IMG/VR virus record: IMGVR_UViG_3300035497_000162
Span: 55,731-119,730 of that record
From: a virus
Taxonomy: Duplodnaviria > Caudoviricetes
Length of the DNA stretch: 64,000 nucleotides
Reading direction: 5' to 3' (one strand)
The position numbers were made by a program, and so were the translations under genes. The notes below the pieces were generated by a model, which saw only the letters and a program-made list of their open reading frames with translations, was not told the origin of the DNA and searched no databases. Below are positions 10,339 to 20,842 of this stretch, piece by piece. Each line of letters begins with the position of its first letter. Position 1 is the stretch's first letter.

Positions 10339-10898
10339 AATGAGAATTAAAAATGCAAATTTGAAATGGAATGTTATAATTCATGATTTTTCTAATAATA
10401 AAATAGAATATTATGATATAATGAGTGGAAGTTTTGCAGAAGATTTAGCTAAGATTATAAAGAAAAAGAAAATAACTACTAAGGAATCTTTAAAAAGTCA
10501 ATTAAAATTAGAATTTATGTATAGGTATTGGTGTAAATGTGAGTTTGAAGTAATAATCGGTGGATTATTTAGTAAAACTATAGATGAATTAGACAAAATA
10601 GACGTATGGTATCAGATAGAGCCTAACTTAGATACTATAGTAGATTATTTGAATTACAAAATGGATTTAAAATTAAAGTAGGAGGAATATTATGAGTAAA
10701 GTTATTTTTGAATTTGATAGTGAATTTGAAGAAAGAGATATTGATTTAGTAGTCAATAGAGATTCATTAGCTTGGATGTTGTATGAAGTACAAGAATTAT
10801 ATAATTATGTAGTTAAGAACGATGATCTTACTAAAGGTGATATAAGTTTAAAATTATATAATATCTTAGAAGAAACAAAACATCTATTGAAACAATAA
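10339..10898 (+). CDS. Two small hypothetical phage proteins (~10339-10681 and 10692-10898)
   Basis: Consecutive ORFs with GGAGG RBSs. Confidence 0.6.
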
Positions 10899-10929
10899 CT
10901 AAGTATATTAGAACTGAAAATAAAGCTAT

Positions 10930-10958
10930 TTTACAATTTAATTAATAAATTATATAAT
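10930..10958 (+). promoter_or_regulatory. Sigma70/SigA-type promoter
   Basis: TTTACA-N17-TATAAT upstream of SpoVG-like gene. Confidence 0.55.
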
Positions 10959-10985
10959 ATATTATATTATAAGGAGGATGTTGTT

Positions 10986-11264
10986 ATGAATATAACAAAA
11001 GTAGAGTATAATACTGAGAAAACTAATAATAAAGAAAATTATTTAGCTAATGTAGCTATAACATTAGATTACAATTTAGTAGTTCATGATATAAAATTAA
11101 TGACTGGTTCAAAGGGAGAATATTTAATATTTCCAACGGATTATCAAAATAGATTTGTTGCTAACCCTATGAATGAAGATACTAGACAGTATATATTAAA
11201 AGAAGTATTAAATGGATATTATAGTGAAGTTTCTAGTATAGATATAGGTGAGGTTAATGAATAA
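10986..11264 (+). CDS. SpoVG-family nucleic-acid binding protein (divergent copy)
   Basis: MNITKV..LA...LD...VHDIK..G.KG...FP...ANP. Confidence 0.75.
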   Translation: MNITKVEYNTEKTNNKENYLANVAITLDYNLVVHDIKLMTGSKGEYLIFPTDYQNRFVANPMNEDTRQYILKEVLNGYYSEVSSIDIGEVNE

Positions 11265-12156
11265 GGAATTTGAATCTATAATAAAAGGAACCAATAGAAC
11301 CCCAGTATTTGTAGATTTAAATAATATTTTATATAGATATTTTTATACTTTTGGACCTGATAAATTTAAATCAAGGTCTGGAGTATATAATGGTCATTTA
11401 TTTGGTTTATGTCAGATACTTAGAACATTAGATAAATTAAATTATGAAGTATTTTTATGTGAAGATTCTAGTTGTACTTGGAGAAAACAATTGAATGAAA
11501 ATTATAAATCTAATAGAAATCTTAAAGAAAATAATACTGAGTTCTGGAAAGATTATCCTATAATTAGAGATTTAATATCTAATTTAGAACATACTCATTC
11601 TTTAAGATCTGAAGGATATGAAGCAGATGATTTAATGTTTACAGGAGCTAAATTATGTAGTATGTTAAATATAAATAGCTATATATTTTCTACTGATAAA
11701 GATTTATTACAAGCTTTAGATACACATATAAAAATATTACATAAGGTAACTTTAACTGAAAATGAAGAGATAGATGAGAACTCAGATTATTATACTAGTA
11801 AATTTCCAGTAGCTCCAAAAAAATTACCATTATATAGAGCTTTTAAAGGAGACCCTTCTGATAATATAGAAGCTCCCATAAAGAGATTTCCAAAAGATTT
11901 AATATTATCTATAATAGATTATTTATGTGATAATAACGGAGTAATTGCTGGTTATGTTCCAGAAAAAATTTCTCATATAAAATGGATAAAACAACTTTGT
12001 GATAATTGGGATAAGTATATATCTAACTATAAATTAATGAAACTTAATATAATAGATTTTGAAGTATTGGAAAAATCAAAAAGAGGTTCTTATATAAAAG
12101 TATGTCAAGACTATGATTTGTTTCAATTTCTAAAATATTGTAGTGAACTAGCATAA
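11248..12156 (+). CDS. 5'-3' exonuclease / RNase H (T4 rnh/FEN family)
   Basis: VDLNN, YKSNR, EADD, STDKDLLQ, GDPSDNI. Confidence 0.9.
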   Translation: MRLMNKEFESIIKGTNRTPVFVDLNNILYRYFYTFGPDKFKSRSGVYNGHLFGLCQILRTLDKLNYEVFLCEDSSCTWRKQLNENYKSNRNLKENNTEFWKDYPIIRDLISNLEHTHSLRSEGYEADDLMFTGAKLCSMLNINSYIFSTDKDLLQALDTHIKILHKVTLTENEEIDENSDYYTSKFPVAPKKLPLYRAFKGDPSDNIEAPIKRFPKDLILSIIDYLCDNNGVIAGYVPEKISHIKWIKQLCDNWDKYISNYKLMKLNIIDFEVLEKSKRGSYIKVCQDYDLFQFLKYCSELA

Positions 12157-12319
12157 TAAATAATAGGAGGTTGATATTTATGAACAAGGTTTCAGCACCT
12201 GAAGTTATATCATCATTAATTAAAGATAAATTAATACTTTCTAAACAACTTAATGAAAAAGATATAATTATTAAAAATTTAAAGAAACAACTATCTAAGT
12301 ATGAAAGGAGTATATTATA

Positions 12320-12565
12320 ATGGATAATGAAAAAGATAATTTACATTATGTAGGAATAATGTTTGAAAGTAAGTATGATTCAACACCTGAAAATCCTAAG
12401 TTTTATGGTAAGGTGTATGAATATAAAACTAGAAAAGATTTAAAAGAAGGTCAAGTTATTACTATAGATACTAATTATGGTAAATCTAGAGTAGTAGTAA
12501 TGAGTGAGAATATTCCAGAAGATAAATTAGAATTTGATAATATTGAATTAATAAAGGAGATTTAA
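12320..12565 (+). CDS. Hypothetical protein
   Basis: ORF with RBS. Confidence 0.6.
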   Translation: MDNEKDNLHYVGIMFESKYDSTPENPKFYGKVYEYKTRKDLKEGQVITIDTNYGKSRVVVMSENIPEDKLEFDNIELIKEI

Positions 12566-12567
12566 TA

Positions 12568-13523
12568 ATGTCTAAAATAATGTTTGTTGGAGACCCACAT
12601 TTAACTCGGTAAAAGACCTATTAGTAGAAAAGGTGATGATGAATCATATAGATTAGTTCTAATGAATAAATTATCAAGTCTAATAGATATTTGTATTGAA
12701 AATAAAATATCTAATGTTATTTTTACAGGAGATATGTATAATAATAATACAGGAATTACTAATTCTTTTGAAGGAGATATTTGGAAAAAATTACTTGAGT
12801 TTAAATCCAATAATATTGATATATATTCTATCATACGGAAATCATGACCAAATATATCAAAACCAAGGCGAATTTAAAGGTTCTTATTTATATAAGGCAT
12901 TTATTACAGGAATAATAAATCATTTATCTGAGCTAATAATTGATAATGTTTATATTAGAGGTATAGATTATGCCAATGATTTTATTCCTATCTCTGAACC
13001 TTATAAATATAGTATATGTGTGGCTCATAGTTTCTATGAAAATGAAAGATTTGGTGGAATTGGGAATGGAAATTTAACTGATTCTAAGTGTATTGAACTT
13101 AAGTATAATGCTTATGTACTAGGGCATGACCATGTACCATATGAACAAGTAATAAAACCTACTTATACTATAGTAAGACCTGGCTCTTTAACTAGAGCTA
13201 CTTCTAAGACTTGCAATATTTATAGAAAAGTACAAGTGGCTGTTTTTGATACTGATATATTACAATGGAGTTATATTGAAGTTCCAATTATACCAGGAAC
13301 TGAAGCTTTTAACGAAAAAGTAATAATACAAAAATCAGAAGATTTAAATTTAGAGAAAATATTATCTAATTTAGAATTTTCAAGTAGTGATAATCTGTTT
13401 GATTTTTTAGAAAGCGATAAGAATAAAGCTAAAGAAGTATTAGGAGATTCTTATGATGATGTAATAAAACTTATTACTAGATACTGTGAATCTTTTGGAA
13501 TTTATAGAAATTTGGAGAGCTAA
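12568..13523 (+). CDS. Mre11/SbcD-like metallophosphoesterase, join(12568..12606,12608..12835,12837..13523), ~317 aa; two +1 shifts at CGG
   Basis: GDPHL, TGD, GNHD, AH, GHDH, PGSL motifs are spread over three frames and join only by skipping C12607 and C12836. Confidence 0.88.
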
Positions 13524-13525
13524 AT

Positions 13526-13846
13526 ATGATTGTTCAAGATAGAGTTGATTTTTTAAAAAAGAATATGTATTTTACATTTTGTGGAATTAAATTTGATTTA
13601 TATAGAACAGACTATATTAGAATCTATAATAATGCTAGTAAAAGTATTTGTATTTTTACTACTACTTTAGATAGATTAGACGAAGTTCCAGAAGAAATTT
13701 TAAAAGAAGAAATATCTAGTGAACAATTAATTAAATTAAATAAAGATGATTTCAAACTTAAATCATCTTTTGCAGTTTGTATAAAGCTTGGTAAATTTAT
13801 AGAAAAACCAGAAGGTGGCATATCAGCTAAAGTAACGTATAAATAA
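13526..13846 (+). CDS. Hypothetical protein
   Basis: ORF in operon. Confidence 0.6.
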   Translation: MIVQDRVDFLKKNMYFTFCGIKFDLYRTDYIRIYNNASKSICIFTTTLDRLDEVPEEILKEEISSEQLIKLNKDDFKLKSSFAVCIKLGKFIEKPEGGISAKVTYK

Positions 13847-14039
13847 GGAGGTATACTATGATTTTTATTTTATTATTTATAAGTGTCATATCTATTATAA
13901 TAGGACTTGTATTTTTATATAAAATATATATTTTATTAGATGATATGAATAATTATCAAGTATCAAATATACAAATAGATGATTTAATTGATATTATTGA
14001 AACTAGACAAAAAAATAATAATAGATTGGATGGATAATT

Positions 14040-14582
14040 ATGAGTACAAAATATTATTTAAGACCAAAAGGATATGAATATTTAAATGTATTAAATAAGA
14101 CTACCGAAAATGTATTAAATCAAACTAAAACTAGTTATATAAATTCAGTACAATTTATGATTAATAAGAGTAATAGTATGACATCTTTATATAAAGATTT
14201 ATTTAATATTAATTTTAATGAAGATAAAATAATGGTAAAACTAGAATATCCGTTTGAGACTCCTGAGATTTATTTATGTTCTACATTTAGTGGTAGTAAT
14301 ACTATATTTATGAATAATAAGTATTATTGCTCTTTTAATTCTTTGAAAGAGTTTTATCTAAAAAATAAAGAATTATTAAATATATATGATGAGTATAATA
14401 AATTAATTATATGGGATGATTTTGAATCTGAAATATTGGAAAAAGCTAAGGTTTCTAAAAAATCACATATTGAAGAAATTTATAATAATCTTCCATTTAA
14501 ATATACTGAAGCTTTACAAAATGGGTATGTAGATAAAGATTATGAAAATATTGAATGGTTTGATGGAGACCATATGTTATAG
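14040..14582 (+). CDS. Hypothetical protein
   Basis: 180-aa ORF. Confidence 0.6.
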   Translation: MSTKYYLRPKGYEYLNVLNKTTENVLNQTKTSYINSVQFMINKSNSMTSLYKDLFNINFNEDKIMVKLEYPFETPEIYLCSTFSGSNTIFMNNKYYCSFNSLKEFYLKNKELLNIYDEYNKLIIWDDFESEILEKAKVSKKSHIEEIYNNLPFKYTEALQNGYVDKDYENIEWFDGDHML

Positions 14583-14596
14583 TAGGAGGTGAACTT

Positions 14597-14869
14597 ATGA
14601 ATAAAAATGAATTAATAGAAGCTGTATCTGAAAGAGCTAATATTACTAAAGTAGATGCTTATAAAACTATAGGTGCAACTATAGATATTATAGTAGAATC
14701 TGTAAAAAATGATGAAAAAGTATCTATAGCAGGTTTTGGAACATTTTCTGCAAATCACAGAAATAGTAGAAAATGTAGAAACCCACAGACTGGTGATATT
14801 ATAGATGTGCCAGCTAAAATTGTTCCAGTATTTAAAGCGGGGAAAACTTTTAAAGACACATTAAAATAA
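14597..14869 (+). CDS. hup: HU DNA-binding protein
   Basis: MNKNELI..GFGTF..RNPQTG..VPVFKAGK. Confidence 0.93.
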   Translation: MNKNELIEAVSERANITKVDAYKTIGATIDIIVESVKNDEKVSIAGFGTFSANHRNSRKCRNPQTGDIIDVPAKIVPVFKAGKTFKDTLK

Positions 14870-14909
14870 ATAAGAGTTGTAATAATACAACTCTATTTTA
14901 ATATTTGAG

Positions 14910-16082
14910 GTGGATATAATGAATTTAAATAGTACTATTCTAGAATTAGAAGAATTTATAGAAGATAGCACAGGTGAAATAGATTTAAATATTAAATATA
15001 AATATTTAATTTTAAAAAAATCAGATTTAGTTAGAGTGATGAATATTTGTAATAAAATGATTCTATCTAAATCTAACGAGATAGAATATAGTTCGATCTC
15101 TTTGGTTCCAGTATTGCATGATAAAAGTGTTTTATTGTACACTACTAATGAATTATCTCAATTTAGATATAGGACCGAGTTGATAGGTGATACTAACGAA
15201 ATGATTAATGAGCCACTATCAGTATCTTTTAGCGTACTACAAAAAATAGTAAAACTTATGGCGAATAAGGTAATGTTTTATATTAAAGACAATAATATCT
15301 ATGTTAGATTATTAGATGGAGATTTATTATTGGATTATAGAAAACCTAGACTAGACGTCTTGAATTTTCCAGGAAACCCTACTGATAAAATAGCTGAATT
15401 GTCTTTATCTAACGTGGGAGAATTAATTAATAAAGTATATACATTAATAGAAAATGAACCTGTGCTAGATAAAAGAAAATTAAATTTTTTGGGAGATAAA
15501 TGTTATTTTAATTCTACTTATTATTACATTGAAAGTGATATAACTACTCCTAGATTATCTCTTTCAGTCAGAGATTTAGATATAATAAAGAAACTATATA
15601 AATATTATAAAGATAATAAAATTCAGTTATTTAATTTTGACTCTAGTGTTTCTAGATTATTTATAAAATTAGATAATATAGAATATATATCAGTGTTATC
15701 GAGTGTATCTAATATTTTTTCACTAACTCAGGAATTACAAGACAGAATTAATGAAACTAAGTTTTCTTTGGATTATAATAAGTTATATAGAATAATTAAT
15801 TTAGCTAATACTTTACCAGGTAATAGTGGAGACCTTAATTTATCATTAGATGATAAATTAACTATAGAAATAAAGTCTAATAATGGCTCATCTAGTTTTA
15901 ATTTAGATGTTAAATATATTAATAACAAAAATTTAACTTATTTTTTATCTATTAAATCTGAGGTATTAAGAAAAGCCTTGATTCCATTTGAAGGAAGTAA
16001 TGAAATAGAATTATCAGTTTCAGAATCAGGGATGATAATTAGTAATAATAAGATAAAATCTATACTAACTTGTTTATTATAG
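14910..16082 (+). CDS. Putative sliding clamp (DnaN-like)
   Basis: 390 aa, TTNEL and beta-clamp-like layout, near primase and clamp loader. Confidence 0.5.
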   Translation: MDIMNLNSTILELEEFIEDSTGEIDLNIKYKYLILKKSDLVRVMNICNKMILSKSNEIEYSSISLVPVLHDKSVLLYTTNELSQFRYRTELIGDTNEMINEPLSVSFSVLQKIVKLMANKVMFYIKDNNIYVRLLDGDLLLDYRKPRLDVLNFPGNPTDKIAELSLSNVGELINKVYTLIENEPVLDKRKLNFLGDKCYFNSTYYYIESDITTPRLSLSVRDLDIIKKLYKYYKDNKIQLFNFDSSVSRLFIKLDNIEYISVLSSVSNIFSLTQELQDRINETKFSLDYNKLYRIINLANTLPGNSGDLNLSLDDKLTIEIKSNNGSSSFNLDVKYINNKNLTYFLSIKSEVLRKALIPFEGSNEIELSVSESGMIISNNKIKSILTCLL

Positions 16083-16124
16083 CATAATATTATTTATAGA
16101 AGTATTTAATATACCTCTATAAAT

Positions 16125-16286
16125 GAGGTAGTTTATCCCTTTTAAGTACATCGCTACTCGTATAGAGCTTAGGTGTAAAGTTATGTTATTTGAGGTTTTA
16201 TATGTATACTAAATAACATAGTAATAAAACGCACTAGATAAAAGAAAATTAAATTTTTTGGTTTTATATGTATACTAAATAACATA
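16125..16286 (+). CRISPR. Cassette A: 70-nt scaffold, repeat 16195-16230, 30-nt spacer, truncated repeat
   Basis: Repeat GTTTTATATGTATACTAAATAACATAGTAATAAAAC; spacer 16231-16260. Confidence 0.85.
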
Positions 16287-16299
16287 AAATGAATAGTGG

Positions 16300-16995
16300 T
16301 TGGTGATTTATATGAATTATAGTAACTTAAAGAGGATTTTTGAATTAGGTAGACTAATTAATAAAGATGATAATTTTCCATATAAACATTTAGCATATAA
16401 ACATAAATTTGATAATTATAGGTTTATAACCTCTGGCGAATTGTTTATTAGAGGTAAAAATCTTGAAATACCTCAGTATGTTGCTCAATTCATGAATTTT
16501 CATAATGAAGCTGTAATGATTGCAAATATCATAGAAGATAGGGTAATATCAATAACTTTTAGAAGTACAGACCATATTAAGGAATTTATAAAATTAGGAA
16601 CTACTAAATCTACTTTTTATGGATTAGGAAGATTATCAGAGGATTTTAGATTTGGTGATCCTATATTGTTAGTTGAAGGTCATTTGGATAGAGATATGAT
16701 GGCTCTTATTTATCCTAATACTTTAGGTATAATGACTAGCCATTTATCTAAATCACAGATAGAGATACTAAGTAATTTAACTAATAAATTTATATTAATG
16801 TTAGATAATGACGAAGCTGGTATTAATGGACAGAGAAAGACTAAATTTGATTTAAAAGGAAATAAAATTTATGAGTTAAAACATAATTCTAAATTAAAAG
16901 ATGCAGGTGACCTAGTTGATTTAGATATTACTAATCACCGATTATATAATGAAATCATAGAAGATTATAAAACTCAAATTGAATATTTTATTTAA
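16300..16995 (+). CDS. TOPRIM primase (DnaG-like, no zinc finger seen)
   Basis: LVEGHLD, LDNDEAG, KDAGD motifs. Confidence 0.8.
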   Translation: MVIYMNYSNLKRIFELGRLINKDDNFPYKHLAYKHKFDNYRFITSGELFIRGKNLEIPQYVAQFMNFHNEAVMIANIIEDRVISITFRSTDHIKEFIKLGTTKSTFYGLGRLSEDFRFGDPILLVEGHLDRDMMALIYPNTLGIMTSHLSKSQIEILSNLTNKFILMLDNDEAGINGQRKTKFDLKGNKIYELKHNSKLKDAGDLVDLDITNHRLYNEIIEDYKTQIEYFI

Positions 16996-17112
16996 GGAGG
17001 AATAATTTTATGTATTGTGAAAAATTTGGAATTGATACTACTGAGTGTAATGAGGAAAAATGCGGTTGTATTGGTTGTTATTATTATGAATTAGAAAAGG
17101 AGGAGAATAGAG

Positions 17113-17397
17113 ATGATAAAAATAAAGGATAATATTTTAATAGATGCCACATCAAACTGTTATATATTAAAACAAAAGAATACTATTCAAGATGAAAATA
17201 GTGCTAATTTTGGTAAGATTACTTATCTTGATTTAGGGTATTATACTAATATAGAAAGCTGTATTAAAGGATTTTATAGATTAGAAATAAGAAAATATAT
17301 TAGTAAAGCCGAAGAATCTAGTTTAAAAGATTTATCCGAAAAAATAGATGAACTTAAAAAAGAAATAAAAGAATTATCAGATAAAATAGGAGAATAG
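17113..17397 (+). CDS. Hypothetical phage protein
   Basis: ORF with RBS AGGAGG. Confidence 0.6.
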   Translation: MIKIKDNILIDATSNCYILKQKNTIQDENSANFGKITYLDLGYYTNIESCIKGFYRLEIRKYISKAEESSLKDLSEKIDELKKEIKELSDKIGE

Positions 17398-17424
17398 CAT
17401 AATATATTATATGGAGGCAGTATT

Positions 17425-18462
17425 ATGATTACTCAAATTTATAGACCACAGACTTTTTCAGAAGTAGCTGGTCAAGAACTATCTAAGAGCTTATTAAAAT
17501 CAATAATTAAAAATCCTCAAGAATCTCCTAAGACTCTTATATTTGAAGGCGAGTATGGTACAGGTAAAACCACTTGTGCTAGGATTTTTGCTAAAGCATT
17601 GAATTGCAAAAATAAAACTAAAGATGGAGATTCTTGTGGTAAATGTGAGTTTTGTAGGTCAAATATAGAAACTAGTATATTTTATAATGAGTTTGATTCC
17701 GCTATGATAGGTAATGTTACTGATATTAAAGATTTAAAAGATTCTTTTTATTTTAATAGAGAACTAGGTTATAAAGTAATAGTATTAGATGAAGCTCAGT
17801 TAATGACACCACAAGCTCAATCTGCTTTATTAAAAATATTAGAGGATTCTTTAGATGGAGTGTTCTTTTTATTATGTACTACACATATAGATAAGATACT
17901 ACCTACAATTAGAAGTAGAAGTTTAAAACTTAAATTTGATTTAGTATCTGATAATGAGTTAAGAAATAATATAAAGGTAATTAGTGAGAACAGACAAATG
18001 GAGCTATCAGATGATATTATTAATCTAATATTAGATAGATGTAATGGACACGTTAGAGATGCTCACATGATGCTGGATCAGTACATATTATTAGGAGAAG
18101 ATAAATTTAAAGAATATAATAAATCATCTATTGATTTATACTACAAGTTAATTATAGCTTCTTTAAGAGGTGATTTTAATTTAGTTGAAAAAATAATTGA
18201 AAATTTATTACATTTTCCAATAAGTGTATTAAAATTAGATTATGAAAAGGTAGTTTTATCTATTATAAAATCCGGTATATTATTAAATAATTTAGATAAC
18301 ACATATTTAAAAATCATTGTAACTTATTTTAAGAATAAGTTATTTACTCTAATAGATGTATTAAATAGTGAAATTATATATAGTATGTTTACTTCCGATA
18401 ATAGAATACAATCCGCAATGTTTATATTAGCTAAAGATATTTTTAGTATTAGAAATAAGTAG
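17425..18462 (+). CDS. dnaX: Clamp loader AAA+ subunit (DnaX gamma/tau-like)
   Basis: YRPQTFSEVAGQ, GTGKTT, CGKCEFC, LDEAQ, TIRSR. Confidence 0.9.
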   Translation: MITQIYRPQTFSEVAGQELSKSLLKSIIKNPQESPKTLIFEGEYGTGKTTCARIFAKALNCKNKTKDGDSCGKCEFCRSNIETSIFYNEFDSAMIGNVTDIKDLKDSFYFNRELGYKVIVLDEAQLMTPQAQSALLKILEDSLDGVFFLLCTTHIDKILPTIRSRSLKLKFDLVSDNELRNNIKVISENRQMELSDDIINLILDRCNGHVRDAHMMLDQYILLGEDKFKEYNKSSIDLYYKLIIASLRGDFNLVEKIIENLLHFPISVLKLDYEKVVLSIIKSGILLNNLDNTYLKIIVTYFKNKLFTLIDVLNSEIIYSMFTSDNRIQSAMFILAKDIFSIRNK

Positions 18463-18472
18463 AGGTGATTAC

Positions 18473-19027
18473 ATGGATAATAGTAATTCTGTAGAATCTA
18501 TGATAGATAATATAGTAACTGTAGTTTTTAGAATACACTTTGGTTATATTAATAATAAAGATTTAGAACAGGATTTAAAACAGGAGGGTTATTTGAAAGC
18601 ATATGAATTATTGTCCTTAGGTAATTATGACCCTACTAAGAATCTAAGAACCTTTATATATACTGGGGTACGAAATGCCATGACTAATTATATGTATCAT
18701 CATAAAAAAGAATCCCACACAGATTTAGATTTTATTTATAGCTCTTCTTGGAAAGATAGAGATTCTATCACTTTAGATGATTACTGGAATAATAAGCTAT
18801 TCTATACTAATGAAAATGAAGCTAATTTAAAGATTATTACTTTAGATGATATTAAAACTATTTGTAATAAATATACTATGTTTGGAGACTATATTGATAC
18901 TGCTTTATTTAGGTGTAATGAGCTTGGTTTATATATTAGTGACTATAATAAAAGTAATATATTAAATGAACCTAAGTCAGTGGTTGATGCAATAGTTGGA
19001 GAAATACTATGGAATTATTTTGATTAG
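18473..19027 (+). CDS. Phage sigma factor-like protein
   Basis: Region 2-like DLKQEGYL..YDP...TFIY..VRN. Confidence 0.7.
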   Translation: MDNSNSVESMIDNIVTVVFRIHFGYINNKDLEQDLKQEGYLKAYELLSLGNYDPTKNLRTFIYTGVRNAMTNYMYHHKKESHTDLDFIYSSSWKDRDSITLDDYWNNKLFYTNENEANLKIITLDDIKTICNKYTMFGDYIDTALFRCNELGLYISDYNKSNILNEPKSVVDAIVGEILWNYFD

Positions 19028-19040
19028 GAGAAAAAAACTT

Positions 19041-19436
19041 ATGAAAGAAGATTTTAATAAGGTAGATTTTGATGTAGGTTCACTTATTGTATTTAAAGAT
19101 TTAAAAGATAATGAAGTAGATTTATTAATTAAATTATTGTCTGATGAAAATTCATATTTATTTCAGGTTTTATTTAATGTTATTGGTATAAATGATACTC
19201 TGAAATTAATAGATATATTTTCAGATAACAAAATAATATTCCCACCTAGAAAAAGAATATATAAATTAATAGAAAAAATAAAAATATATGAATATATTAA
19301 ATCTAAAAATGAATCTGAAGAAGCATATAAATTATTATCTAAACAGTATAATAAAAGAATATCACAGCTAAAATCTATTGTAGAAAGAATAGATTATCTA
19401 CTTGAAAATAAAAATTTAAAGGAGGAAACAAAATGA
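19041..19436 (+). CDS. Mor-like transcription regulator
   Basis: KLIDIF...IIFPP ... LSKQYN...IV pattern; RBS before ATG19041. Confidence 0.5.
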   Translation: MKEDFNKVDFDVGSLIVFKDLKDNEVDLLIKLLSDENSYLFQVLFNVIGINDTLKLIDIFSDNKIIFPPRKRIYKLIEKIKIYEYIKSKNESEEAYKLLSKQYNKRISQLKSIVERIDYLLENKNLKEETK

Positions 19437-19693
19437 AAATTACAAATGTAAAAATTAGAAAGGTTGATAACAATACTAAAATGAAAGGGATAGCTTCTAT
19501 AGCTATAGATAATAATTTCGTAATTCATGGAATTAAAATTATAGAGAGCCAAAATGGATTTTTTATAGCTATGCCTAGTAAAAGAAACGAAGATGGAACT
19601 TTTAGTGACATAGCTCATCCAATTAACTCAAATACTAGAAATTACATTCAAGATATGATTCTAGAAGCATATAATAATAATATAGAGGGTTAA
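19433..19693 (+). CDS. spoVG: SpoVG
   Basis: MKITNVKIR..FVIHGIKII..FIAMPS..DIAHPIN. Confidence 0.92.
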   Translation: MKITNVKIRKVDNNTKMKGIASIAIDNNFVIHGIKIIESQNGFFIAMPSKRNEDGTFSDIAHPINSNTRNYIQDMILEAYNNNIEG

Positions 19694-19858
19694 AATAATA
19701 TAAAACTTTAAAATTCTGTTTACTTTTTAGGAATTTTGTTGTATAAATATAATATAGTTAATATATTAATTATATAATTCAGACAACTTTCTGAATATGC
19801 GTGAGTAGAAAGGTGGGATTCCCTCCGCTGAAAACATAAATTAAAATCCCACTTAAAT

Positions 19859-19931
19859 GCTACTTTAGCTCAGATGGTAGAGCAATTGATTAGTAATCAA
19901 TAGGTCATCTGTTCGATCCAGATAAGTAGCT
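19859..19931 (+). tRNA. tRNA-Thr(AGT)
   Basis: Acceptor GCTACTT/AAGTAGC, anticodon arm ATTGA-TTAGTAA-TCAAT, T loop GTTCGATC. Confidence 0.9.
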
Positions 19932-19937
19932 TCACTT

Positions 19938-20072
19938 GAGGTTGTTTATACCTTTAAAGTACATCGCTACTCGTATAGAGTCTAGATGTAAAGTTATGTT
20001 ATTTGAGGTTTTATATGTATACTAAATAACATAATAGTAAAACATCGTCGATTATATTCTAATTACATATAT
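19938..20072 (+). CRISPR. Cassette B: scaffold, single repeat 20008-20043, 29-nt flank ending at tRNA-Gln
   Basis: Same scaffold and repeat variant (..CATAATAGTAAAAC), between two tRNAs. Confidence 0.8.
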
Positions 20073-20146
20073 TTCAGAATAGTGAAATGGTATCACATTG
20101 GATTTTGATTCCAATATTCTTAGTTCGAGTCTAGGTTCTGAAACCA
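20073..20146 (+). tRNA. tRNA-Gln(TTG)
   Basis: TTCAGAA/TTCTGAA-A-CCA, anticodon arm TTGGA-TTTTGAT-TCCAA. Confidence 0.9.
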
Positions 20147-20445
20147 CTAGCTATTATACTATATATAGTATAATAGACTAAGTACTTTTAATTACTTTTT
20201 AAATCTTAAACAAAGTATTAGCCCGTCTATGCTAGATAGGCTGGTTTGATACAACCACTTTGTACTAAAGTAAAAAGGGTATCTAAGGTTTTAATCTATT
20301 CCTTATAGTACAAAAAAGATTATGCTTTGAAAAGTTTCAAGTTTCTATATTTCAGTACAGCGTAAAATCTTTTCTATAAAAGAGTACTGAAGATCTTATA
20401 TATTAAATAATATAATAGTAAAATATATTTGACAGTACTTTATTT

Positions 20446-20522
20446 GGCTCGTTAGTTTAGTCGGTTAGAATACATGCCTGTCACGCATGAGGTCAACAGT
20501 TCAAATCTGTTACGAGTCGCCA
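20446..20522 (+). tRNA. tRNA-Asp(GTC)
   Basis: GGCTCGT/ACGAGTC-G-CCA, CATGC-CTGTCAC-GCATG. Confidence 0.93.
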
Positions 20523-20842
20523 CGAAGTATTATAATATTACATAGAATAAATATTCTTTTATTCCCTCAAATTGATGTTTATTTATTATTTTTTAATTTG
20601 CTTTATAATAAATAAACATTATAGATATATTATAATATTTCGACAAGTTTTTGGTTTAGCGCTCTTAATTGAGTTCAATTCTTGGTAAAGTTATATAAAT
20701 CCAAGAGTCAAGTGTATACGGCAACTTTCATGGAGCTGAAAATTAAGCAGAGACGAAGAAATACACAGAAATACTAACTCTATATAAATATAGAGGAGAA
20801 TCTTAATTGACAGTCTGGAATAGACAGACGTTAATATTATTT

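Noticed and set aside
12696-12836. N-terminal 47 aa of track ORF 12696..13523
   Set aside because: Off-frame text; the real motifs GDPH and TGD lie in the other frames upstream of the CGG sites
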